This document shows, in pieces, positions 39,093 to 48,705 of a stretch of DNA of 64,000 nt. The notes under the pieces were generated by a model. It was not told where the DNA came from. It made no database searches and saw nothing but the letters and a program-made list of their open reading frames with translations. Position 1 is the stretch's first letter. Each line of letters starts with the position of its first letter. The stretch comes from Nitrospirota bacterium (GTDB lineage: Bacteria > Nitrospirota > Nitrospiria > Nitrospirales > Nitrospiraceae), in NCBI GenBank assembly GCA_963701855.1, contig CAVPBK010000006.1, positions 384,001 through 448,000 on the forward strand. Direction: 5' to 3'. The position numbers were made by a program, and so were the translations under genes.

Positions 39093-39902
39093 TCAATTGG
39101 GCGCGTCTTGAGCACAACGAAAACCATTGATCGCATTAGGGTGCGATGGTATGTCCGCATACCGGTGTGCAGATCGTAGATCCGACGGATCGATGTACCA
39201 CGAACCCCCACGGAGCACTTTATACGGGTGTATGGCCATTTCCTTACTGGGTGGACCCTTTGGATTCTGCTCTGGGTTGACGCTGTAATTGCCATGCCAG
39301 TCCGCCACCCATTCCCATACGTTGCCAGCCATATCATAAATTCCGTATGGGCTCTTACCGTTTCCATAGCTTCCAACTGGTTTCAACCGATCGGCATAGG
39401 GGTTGATGTTGGGCGTAGGATACTGGCCGTAATTCGCCCGATCAGACGACGGTGCTTCGTTACCCCAGGGATATTCTCGCCTGTCGGTTCCTCGTGCCGC
39501 TTTTTCCCACTCTGCTTCGGTCGGCAGTCGTTTCTCAGCCCATTGGCAATAAGCAACCGCGTCGTGCCAAGTCACGCCGATCACTGGCCGATCCCCCTGG
39601 CTGGCCAGAGCGGTTTGGAATCCATACAACGTCGGTTGGTATCGCCCGGTCGCGTTCAGAAACTTGGCGTAAAGAGTTACCGTTACCTCGTACTGGTCCA
39701 TGTAGAATGCATCCACGTAGACACGATGGACTGGCTTCTCCTCGGAATGCCCTGTATTGCTGCCCATCGTAAATTCGCCTGCTGGCACCAGCATCATTGG
39801 TGCGCCATCCTTGCCGATAATCTCGCGCTTCATTTGCGACGGTACGGATGCGCAAGAAACAAGGATAGCTAGTAATGGTAGGACTGCCAGCATAGCTTTC
39901 AT
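39093..39902 (-). CDS. Formylglycine-generating-enzyme (SUMF1) domain lipoprotein
   Basis: PAGEFTMG, RLPTEAEWEKAARG, YDMAGNVWEW, RGGSW, GFRC. Confidence 0.92.
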   Translation of the reverse strand: MKAMLAVLPLLAILVSCASVPSQMKREIIGKDGAPMMLVPAGEFTMGSNTGHSEEKPVHRVYVDAFYMDQYEVTVTLYAKFLNATGRYQPTLYGFQTALASQGDRPVIGVTWHDAVAYCQWAEKRLPTEAEWEKAARGTDRREYPWGNEAPSSDRANYGQYPTPNINPYADRLKPVGSYGNGKSPYGIYDMAGNVWEWVADWHGNYSVNPEQNPKGPPSKEMAIHPYKVLRGGSWYIDPSDLRSAHRYADIPSHPNAINGFRCAQDAPN

Positions 39903-41058
39903 GCATTCCTCATTCTGAATAATGACTATTGGCTAAAATTAACTCTTGCCGTCTTTCCATTGTTAAGCTGAAATGAACCCAGCTGGATAAACAAGCGTAA
40001 GCGAACTGAACGGCTGGCCTAACACCTGGGGGACTATCATGCCCCTCGGCGGTTTTGGCCATTACAACCATTGGAAGACGAATTCGTTTTCTCTTCGAGT
40101 AAATCCAGCCAATGGGCCTAGAATAGTCTAGGACCTATGCCAAAGATTGCTTTGGAAAGTATAGCAGGCAGATAAATGGCGCCTAATAAGTAAAGGCGTG
40201 ACGCTGCAGAGCAGGCCGCTCCAAAACATTTGTTTTTGGACCAGTATCAGCATAAGTCAAATTCCTTGAGAGATCGACCAACTTTGGGCTGGTATTTTAG
40301 ATGGGGATTTTGACAGGGGTGTATTTGGGATTTTTGGAAGTTTACACCCCGTGGGATCCCGATGGTGCCGTCATTCGATTGGACCACCTGATAGCCGTCG
40401 GTTGTATACTTCGGCTCAGGGTCGAGAGCTGACACTGACTGCCAGGTCGAGTCTGAACTACCACTAATGATCCTAAAATAGCTCTGCGATACGACCGTTT
40501 TACGACCGCATCGCAGATTTGCAACGCGTCCGATGCCTCTACGACCACTGACGACCCAGAGCGACAGACTACGACGCCGAAGTAATAAAATCAATGGGTT
40601 CAATGTTTCTGTTGCTACTGACTGAGACTGAGCTAGCTTCTGAACCGGGAGCAAAATCGGGAGTGGAACCAGGAGTAAAACCGTGATCAGGGTTTCTTAT
40701 TAGACAGATCTGGGAACACTCCAGTCGATAGGGTAGGCTTACGGATCAGAAGGCCACTATAAATCCCTTGTCGCTTCTTCATCCAAGCGGTCGTATGGCA
40801 GAGCTCCTTGGCGCCCATTCCGTGTCACTCGATCTCACGCCTCTCAGAGCACAAGTCTTCGTACCGTGAAAACCTAGTCCTCTGTCTATCTTCAGAGCCC
40901 TCACCTGGCCACGATTGCCTCACCCTATGGTGGTTTCATCAGAAATTTTACTGTTGCTTATTCAGTCCTTGCCCCATCATTCGCAACCCTCCTACAATGC
41001 GCCTTCTTTCGAGACTTCCAAGCGTTTCTCGATTCGGCCATTCTGTCGCTTGATTGTC

Positions 41059-42618
41059 ATGAACAAGACCCAAGATCCCATAATTTTTGAGGCCTACAAG
41101 CCCTTTCGGAATGCCATCCGGAAACTAGGGCTGGCGGATTCACTCGCAGTTATCCGAGCCTATATGTCCAACCTACAGTTCAATCAGGACATTCCTTCTG
41201 ACTGTGAGGTTCATCGAGGCTACCTATCGGCCGCGTCACATTCTGAAGGGGCTGGTTGGATAGCAGAATTTCACCTTGAAACAATGTGTCGCGAGATAGT
41301 TCTACACGCAAAGGAATCTGGACAAGTCCATGACACCCTAAAGAGTTGGAATACTCTCGCAAGGACAATAAAAAAACTTAAGGATCTGGAAGAAGTAATT
41401 GCTGAGCGTTACAGGGCGCCCGATCTTCTTATGCAGGAACTCCATCGTATGGCTCATCGCCAGTTTCCATGGCAGGAGTTCCGACCGACCGCGGAGAATA
41501 TCACACGCTACCATATGATTTACGGACACCGTCCGCTGACGGAAATAATACGGACAGCAACAGGACTTTCCCCAGAAGAGTTGTTTCTTTTTGGAATGGC
41601 ATTACTAGGCAATTTCATGCAAACTTTTGCTTTGTTTTACCCTCCCCATATTCAAATCCCTGGCCTATCATCGGATGGACTTGATCGCTTTTTGAATCAC
41701 TTTTCACGCAGTCTTTCTGATTTGAAGGCTCTGTTGAAGGGCGAGCATCAAATGAATGACAAGTTCGCATATGCACATCACTCCTTGAGAGCATACCCGC
41801 TAATTAAAATGAGATATCAAGAGAGAGATTGTTTGGTTTGCCCCATTCCGACGCTTCTCTTCTGGAGATTCACGAATGGCGTCTACTACGAGATTGTCAA
41901 CCAGCCAGGATTTGAGAATGCGTTCGGAGAAGCATTTCAGTGGTATGTGGGGCAAGTAATAGTAAGAGGAACTACGAAAGAGAAAACACGTCTGTATCAC
42001 GAATGTAAGTATCGGGTTGGGAATAAATCAAAACAAACTGTTGACTGGATAGTTGATCAGGAGGGCGCCGCTCTTTTTGTCGAAGCAAAGACTAAAAGGA
42101 TGAGATCCGAAGCCAAAGCTGAAATTATTCAAGAAGATATCCTGCGCATTGAATTAGATAAGCTGGCCGGCATGGTTGTGCAAGTATACAAATCTATTCG
42201 CGATTACCAAGATGGCATGTATCCCAACTATGCGTTTGATTCCCAACGAAAGATTTATCCGATGGTCGTAACCCTTGAAGATTGGTTTCTGATGGGACCT
42301 AAGTTGGTGAACGAAGTGAAAGACGATGTCTCGCGTCGACTGAAAAAAGAAGAAATTCCCCTCGCATATCTGAAAGATATGCCCTTTTCTGTTTGTTCAA
42401 TTCATGAGTTTGAGCAGGCTGTGCAGGTGATGGATCACGCGGGAATTCTCACAGTCATGCAAAGCAAGGTTGATGATTCAAGGGAACAATGGACACTTTC
42501 GGCCTTTTTAAGAGATGGATTCCAAGAGCATGCGAGAAACACTCGTTTCCTTTTCCAAAAGGAATTTGATGAAATCGGAATTCAGACGACTGGGGAATGG
42601 ATCAGAGATGAGGTATAG
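41059..42618 (+). CDS. Hypothetical protein with a C-terminal PD-(D/E)xK-like nuclease motif
   Basis: GEAFQWYV...VDWIV...LFVEAKTK...VVQ; AT-rich. Confidence 0.6.
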   Translation: MNKTQDPIIFEAYKPFRNAIRKLGLADSLAVIRAYMSNLQFNQDIPSDCEVHRGYLSAASHSEGAGWIAEFHLETMCREIVLHAKESGQVHDTLKSWNTLARTIKKLKDLEEVIAERYRAPDLLMQELHRMAHRQFPWQEFRPTAENITRYHMIYGHRPLTEIIRTATGLSPEELFLFGMALLGNFMQTFALFYPPHIQIPGLSSDGLDRFLNHFSRSLSDLKALLKGEHQMNDKFAYAHHSLRAYPLIKMRYQERDCLVCPIPTLLFWRFTNGVYYEIVNQPGFENAFGEAFQWYVGQVIVRGTTKEKTRLYHECKYRVGNKSKQTVDWIVDQEGAALFVEAKTKRMRSEAKAEIIQEDILRIELDKLAGMVVQVYKSIRDYQDGMYPNYAFDSQRKIYPMVVTLEDWFLMGPKLVNEVKDDVSRRLKKEEIPLAYLKDMPFSVCSIHEFEQAVQVMDHAGILTVMQSKVDDSREQWTLSAFLRDGFQEHARNTRFLFQKEFDEIGIQTTGEWIRDEV

Positions 42619-42691
42619 GTGGTCGATCAATTCCTCAGTTTGCGGCCTGAGTCTGCCGATTTGAATGCAACTGAATGGCGCTACGTTCAAC

Positions 42692-42967
42692 TCAATCTGG
42701 GATATCTGGCTCATCGCCCCAAACGCCCGAGGTGGCACTATAAGCCATTCCAGAGCCTGCCCGATTTGCCGAGGCGAAAGGAGAGCTTATGCCGGCACTG
42801 TCGGTGGTGCGGTACACAAGCCGTTCATTGGCGATGGTTCCAACGTATCGTCCATCCGTGCCATAGACCTTATTTCCCTTGATGCGTCCAACTGGCTGAC
42901 CCGATCGACTGTAAACCGTTTCCCCGGAAACCTGCAAAGGGCGTCCGTTCTTCGTGTAGAGCCTCAT
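42692..42967 (-). CDS. Small beta-repeat ('4-fold beta flower'-like) protein
   Basis: Repeats LYTKNGRPL / VYSRSGQPVG / VYGTDGRYVG. Confidence 0.65.
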   Translation of the reverse strand: MRLYTKNGRPLQVSGETVYSRSGQPVGRIKGNKVYGTDGRYVGTIANERLVYRTTDSAGISSPFASANRAGSGMAYSATSGVWGDEPDIPD

Positions 42968-43025
42968 TTCGTCTTACCTCTCAGTCGGTAAAATCTCCGT
43001 TGACCTTCTATCCGTAAGTTGTCGT

Positions 43026-44135
43026 TCAACCTCTTCTACTACGCCGCAGGAGAGTAACCACATCCTCTGCCAAAGCCTCAGCTTCATGGCTCAGAGCAGC
43101 TCGCGGACGATGCGCTGGTTGAAGCTGGATGGGGGTATTTTCGTTTTGTCCCCCTCCTCCAGCAATCTGAAATGAGTTTGGGCTGGCATTATGTTCCGCC
43201 TGCGCCCGGATTACGGTAAAGCTATCGCCAGCCAGCGTCGCCGCCAGCGCAACATGTGTTAGCTTCTGAGTCGGGTCGATCCGCTCTAGCGCTGCGGCAG
43301 CATACTTAAGAGTATTTACAAGCTGCTGTTCCAGAACCTCTTTAATAATTGCAAAGGAACCACTGTCTTTTTTCAGTGTTAGTCGGAAAAGGAGGTTTCC
43401 TTCAGTATCGAGCTGCACTATCCTCGCCCCTCTGTCTTGCTGAATTATAAGGCGGTTGCCTTCAACGTTGTCCTCGTTGCCATCAGCAGAGCTGAAGATT
43501 GGGAAGGGACCGAATAGAGCCTCTTTAAGCAAATCTTTCGACAGCGAAGGCTTTTCTATTTCACTGGGGCGCAACACGGCCTGCGCTGGTCCTACCGCCA
43601 CCGCCACAATAAGCGACGGACCGGAATGTCGATATTCTTCCTGCGCAGCACGGGCGGCTTCCAGAGCTGCTTTGCTCAGTGCGCCAGCATCAAGCCGACC
43701 TGTAACATTTGAAATCTGCCAGGCATGGATAGCGCGGGTGATTTGAATTCGTAATTCCTGTGGTGTGGAAAAGCTCCCGCGAAACAGACCCATCTCCCAG
43801 CCCTGAACTTCTTTAATGAACCCCGCCTGGTCAGTGTCGGGAGTTACACCTGAGCGAATGAAAGCGATGACTGGCCGGTTACCCTTTGCCTCCCGATATT
43901 CTTCATGCGTGGCAGATAACCCACCTTTTTGTTTCACACCATAATCTGCGCCTAAAAGGAGAAGTACCAACCCGGACTGTCTTAACCCGTCAAGGCATGC
44001 GATCTGCGGGGTCTGTGGCTTCGCGCGAAAGTTTTCTGCCATGACAGGTTCATAGCCCAATGAGTCCACAGCGTCGCTGGCCGCAGCGCGATAATCTTCC
44101 ATGCCGGTGATCAGCGAACTGATAAAAACTTTCAT
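43026..44135 (-). CDS. DUF4062-domain protein
   Basis: KVFISS...R.AA..AV..LG..P.MAE.F...CL...LLLG..YG...S.TH.EY.EA. Confidence 0.85.
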   Translation of the reverse strand: MKVFISSLITGMEDYRAAASDAVDSLGYEPVMAENFRAKPQTPQIACLDGLRQSGLVLLLLGADYGVKQKGGLSATHEEYREAKGNRPVIAFIRSGVTPDTDQAGFIKEVQGWEMGLFRGSFSTPQELRIQITRAIHAWQISNVTGRLDAGALSKAALEAARAAQEEYRHSGPSLIVAVAVGPAQAVLRPSEIEKPSLSKDLLKEALFGPFPIFSSADGNEDNVEGNRLIIQQDRGARIVQLDTEGNLLFRLTLKKDSGSFAIIKEVLEQQLVNTLKYAAAALERIDPTQKLTHVALAATLAGDSFTVIRAQAEHNASPNSFQIAGGGGQNENTPIQLQPAHRPRAALSHEAEALAEDVVTLLRRSRRG

Positions 44136-44344
44136 AATAATCCTCACGGGAAGTTGTAGAATACAATCCTAAGGACACTAACACAAAGCCATTATGAGCA
44201 GACCCAATGATTCTGCTATCCACCCCTATCCTATATCCAAATCGAAAGAAGAATTAACTGAAGTTGTAGCCATTGATGGCTCGCGCTGTGGGAAAATCAG
44301 GATCGTTCATCTTAAACATGATTCTTGTTGATCGAGAGGCATAA

Positions 44345-45130
44345 ATGCCGAATAAGTGGATCTTGATCTTGATCTCGCTCAGTACACTAATTGTGATTGC
44401 AACTGGTCTGGCGATGTATGCGCTCAATGATACGAAATTGTCATCTTATGGCACCATGGCCGCAGCGGCTGGCAGCTTCCTGGCGGTAATATGGTTCACG
44501 GGGAGTCTTTGGTACCAAGCCCAACAACTTCTTGAGCAAAAAACGCAGTTCCTTGTGGAGTTTAAACAACACCGTGAAGAAGGACGTTGAAACGCTCTGC
44601 TGTTAGCCCGAGAAATTCTGAATAATGCGGAATCGCGAGCATTAGCGTATAACCCCCAGCTATCCAATCTATCTGAGCTACCCTCTGCATATATGAATTT
44701 TTCTGAGCTCAAAGATATCTTGGAGTCTGATGATGTGGGAGTCGTTCAGACAGCTGTTAAAAGCTGGTTGAAAAAAGAGGGGCCGGCACTGATGTTGATG
44801 AGGGGAGTTAAAACTGCAGCACAGGTGTATTTCCTGGCAGTTGGAAAGGAAGACGTAGACTACTCAAAGGAGCCGGAAGACTTTGTATACATATATGGGC
44901 AGCATCTATGGTCCCTTCCGTTCTTTGAAGCATATCAAGCTCCTACAGCAATGCTAACGGAATTCATGATTCGTCTTCAGCCAGGTCGAAAAGCAGTAGA
45001 GATCGCTTCTCTAGCAGTCATGGTGAAGACCAGCGAGAGATTCATGAAGATGGATTCAGTTCGTGAAGATATTAGAAAGCATGTTGCTAAAGGTCATCCA
45101 TTGCCGAAAATAGCCGAAGGGATAAGTTAA
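44345..45130 (+). pseudogene. Membrane-anchored hypothetical protein with one in-frame TGA at 44588-44590
   Basis: ORFs 44345-44590 and 44693-45130 are in frame with no other stop between them. Confidence 0.75.
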
Positions 45131-45352
45131 TGCTCGACTAAAATGTGTGTGATCCAGAGCAGGAAAACCTGACTGCATTTCTTTGTAGCGCCCCTTCGAG
45201 AGCTTCAAGATTCAGGCGAGTATAGAAAGCATTTCGTTATTAGAAAATAAGGGGGGAGTCGCACGACACCCCCCTGTTACCCCCCATGATGGTGCGCCCG
45301 CGTATACGCCGGCGGATATCGATCGGAAAATAAACTCCTGGTCCAGTCCAGT

Positions 45353-45700
45353 TCATGTTGCCTTCAATAGATACGGGCGTTTGGGCTTCGGTTTCTTCAT
45401 TAGCTGATAATGCTGTGGCTTCCAGCGGCTCGATCCAGAGTGAATCACGTTGGTGATCCATTCGGGTCCTACCGCACAATAGAGGGCCGCGAGCGTGGGG
45501 CCCATGGCTTGTGAGAACCAGGCCAACACTTCTTCCAACGTACGGTCTGTCGTTTCGACATGAAACCGGCATCGCGTGAACCCTTCCGTCAGCGCATTCC
45601 ACCAGGGCAGTTCCGGCGACCGACACCGTTCCCACGCCAGGTTGGATTTAAAAACCGACCAATCGTAGACCGGATTGGGCTCCCTAAACGAGGTCCACAT
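45353..45700 (-). pseudogene. C-terminal remnant of a second Rep_trans protein
   Basis: LPWWNALTEGF.R.RF.VE...RTLEEV..W....GPTLA aligns with LDWWLLLTDGFKKGRL.VE...TLAKVKRW..SVAPTLA of the 46567 Rep. Confidence 0.75.
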
Positions 45701-46250
45701 CTTCTGACAGTCGCCGTAGGAAGTTTTCTTACATGTTGTCGGTGACAGGCTCTAGATATCAGGGGTTTTTAGCTATAACGGATAAATAAAAGTGTCCGAG
45801 TGCTGTTTATGCTCATTCTTTCTGATCAATTGTTAATTGTTGGTCATTCGTTCTCTGCCTTACTGTCTAAAACTTCCCACCTTCTCCTTCGCGAATCCTT
45901 GCGGCTGGTCTAGCGTTTCTGATTCAAGACACTTTTGTATCGCTATGTTTTGGGGCTATCCAATGTCACAGCGTTCTGAGGTGCATAGTGATACGACGCA
46001 GCATAAGTTGTCCCCCTGTGTCCCTTCCTGACCAGAGCTGTCCCCCGTAGGGTCTCTTCCCACGCTGCTATTCTCAGGTTCAGTATCTCGAACAACATGA
46101 CACTGTTAGCCGTCACGAGGATTAGGCCAGGACGTGCACTCTAAATGTCCCTAACTGTCCTTAGCAGTCCCAAGCAGGCCTAAGTAGGGTACTTCCCTCG
46201 CTCACCTTACGCCGGTATGTTCGGTACCGTACCGGCAGAAAGGACTGGGC

Positions 46251-46559
46251 GTGAAACGAGAGTTGCTCATGGTGAAGGAACTCGCCGCGGAACTGCGGAT
46301 GAGCGTGAAGTCCATTCAACGGGCCTACCGCAAGGGGGAAATTCCTGTGCAGTGGCTAGGGCCGTATGGCGCGTTTCGATGTCGCAACCAAGTCAGACTT
46401 GCAATGGAACGTAATGGTCGAAACCGTGTGCAGCTTCTCAATGACAACAGTGCGCACGGCCGCGCGCGACGGGCGGCAATGCCGGCCGCGCGCCGCCGAA
46501 AACGCCCCCGTCTGGTAACACGGGGGCACTACCCACAGGGATCGTTACAGGAGGTCTAA
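46251..46559 (+). CDS. Excisionase/AlpA-like HTH regulator (probable frameshift)
   Basis: LLMVKELAAELRMSVKSIQRAYRKGEIP. Confidence 0.7.
   Translation: MKRELLMVKELAAELRMSVKSIQRAYRKGEIPVQWLGPYGAFRCRNQVRLAMERNGRNRVQLLNDNSAHGRARRAAMPAARRRKRPRLVTRGHYPQGSLQEV
46504..46527 (+). other. Putative rolling-circle nick site (dso/oriT) hairpin
   Basis: GCCCCCGT-CTGGTAAC-ACGGGGGC directly upstream of rep. Confidence 0.7.
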
Positions 46560-46566
46560 AGATTCC

Positions 46567-47562
46567 ATGAGTTCACCCTTCACCCTCACCATTGATTGGC
46601 TCGCCTTCACCCTGCCGGCAGGCTCCGCCCAGGACACGATGCAGATGCTAGGAGGCGACTGGACCAAGAGCAAAACCGGCTTTCGCGGCTATCCCGCGTC
46701 CTGGATCACCGCGAGTGCAAGCCGGGGAGTGGGCAAACTGGGAACTCGCGCGCCTCGTGCTCCCCTCGAAGTCCATGTCGATCTCTCCGCTGGGATTGTC
46801 GCGCCATGGCCTCAGAGAAGGTCCGTACGGTCCTCCAATGGATTCTGAAGCAAGACGGCCACCTGACGCGTCTCGATTGCGCGCTCGATGATCGAAACAG
46901 CTGCGTGCCGCTCTCGACGATCAGACAGGCCATTGAGATCGGTCAATGTGTGACGCGGGCGGACCGTATGCAGCGCATTTCATCGAGCTCCATCCATACA
47001 GACACGCCCAGCGGAGAGACCCTCTATCTCGGGAGTCCTCAGAGTCAAACCCTGCTGCGCATCTATGACAAGCGCCTGGAGAGTCAGGCGAAAGAGCGAG
47101 AGGATTGGCAGGACTACGGCATCCGGTGGGAGTTGGAGTTGAAGAAGGATCGCGCCCAGGTCTGTGGACAGGTCCTGTCCTACCTGGAGGAAACAGACTG
47201 GCTCGAATTCATCGTGGGTGTGCTCCGGGGCTATGTGGATTTTCGAGACACAACCCGAGACGAGGAGGACGAGTTTCGGTATCGGGCCCCGCTACTGGAC
47301 TGGTGGCTGCTGCTCACCGATGGGTTCAAGAAGGGCCGTCTGTCGTGGAGAAGGAGACTCAGACCTTAGCCAAGGTGAAACGGTGGGTGAGTCGGTCAGT
47401 GGCCCCGACGTTGGCGATGTGTGCGTCGAACATCCCGGTGGACAGGCCTGGTTGGAGCACGTACTCGTCGTGGGAAAGAGCCGATTGAAAGCGAAGCATC
47501 GGCGACTGTTGAACACCGCCCCCCAGGCCGACCCTTCCACATCGGATGGGGTGCCGCGGTGA
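46567..47562 (+). pseudogene. Rep_trans family rolling-circle initiator/relaxase, about 3 frameshifts
   Basis: IDWLAFT, TRLDCALDD, GETLYLGS..S..LLRIYDK, RWELELK across shifted frames. Confidence 0.9.
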
Positions 47563-47625
47563 TGGGGATCGCGCAGACCGCGTCCGCCGTGATCCGGGTC
47601 CTTCGGCTCGTGCGGGCCTAAGCCC

Positions 47626-48101
47626 TCACGCGCTAGGCCAGCCCTGGTCGGCGAAGCTGTAGCAGCGCTCATCGGTGAGGATGAGATGATCCAAGCAAGC
47701 GTGATGCCGAGCAGATCGGCTCCTTGCCGGAGTCGGCTGGTGAGGACGCGATCCTCTTGGCTGGGGGTGGGATCGCCGGACGGGTGATTGTGCGCACAAA
47801 TCCAGGCGCCGGCGTTCATCAGGATCAGCGGTTTGAACACCTCGCGCGGATGCACGATGGCCAATGTCAGGGAGCCGATCGAGACGATATTGACGCCGAT
47901 GATGGCATGCTTGGCATCCAGCCCGCAGACCAGGAATTGCTCGCGGTCCAGTCCCGCAAAGAGCGGTCTGAGGATGGCCGCAGCGGCGACCGAGGTGGTC
48001 AACGGCGACGAGGGCGGTACGGCCCGGTTGTCGCGGACGAGCGTGACCCGGTATCGCGGCACGGCGTATTCATTGCTCGGCTTCGGCTGCCGGATGCCCA
48101 T
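47626..48101 (-). pseudogene. radC: RadC/JAB-domain protein, frameshift ~47695
   Basis: DREQF, VHPREVFK, HNHPSGDPTPSQED, DHLIL in a shifted frame. Confidence 0.88.
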
Positions 48102-48400
48102 TCAGAATGCCCTGTGAACCGTGAATGGCCATATCCGCCTCCTTCTTCATCACGATGTCTAGCCCCACCCTTCACAGCACGAGGGTGGGGCGTCGAAGAA
48201 GAAGGCGGGATGGCGCGCTCGCGGGGGACAGGCCTGAACGGGAGGGGCCCAAAGGGAAGGCACCAGGAAGGCCTGGTCGCTGCTCTTCAGCGCCGGCTCG
48301 CACCCACTGGGAGTGCAGTCCGAATCCGACGCCGGCGGACACGCGGGCGCATCGTAGGGGGGATGAGGGGTGTCGTAAGACTCCCCCGGTTCGTGTCTCT

Positions 48401-48701
48401 ATGCTGCTGACGATCAAAGAACTCGCTGAACAGTTGCAAATCAAACCCTCGACGCTCTATGCCTGGGCCGCGCAAGGCAAGATCCCCTGCCGGAAGATTC
48501 ATGGATTAGTCCGGTTTGATCCGACTGAGATTGACCGTTGGCTGATCTCATTCTCTCCTTCAACAGTCCGCCCCTCCCCAGATCAAGACACACAGAGCGG
48601 ACCACACTGACCTGGATCACCTGATTGCGAGCGCAAAACGCGAGGTCTATACTCCCGGCCACGGGGAAACCATAACACCGAGTCCCACTGGAAAGGAGTG
48701 A
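48401..48701 (+). CDS. Excisionase-like HTH protein (probable frameshift ~48575)
   Basis: LLTIKELAEQLQIKPSTLYAW...IP...RFDP.EIDRW. Confidence 0.8.
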
Positions 48702-48705
48702 ACGA

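Noticed and set aside
40247..40900. 135-aa ORF and neighbours
   Set aside because: No RBS or family signature; cannot support a call
44588..44590. Selenocysteine readthrough of TGA
   Set aside because: No redox motif context and no evident SECIS hairpin; a nonsense change is simpler
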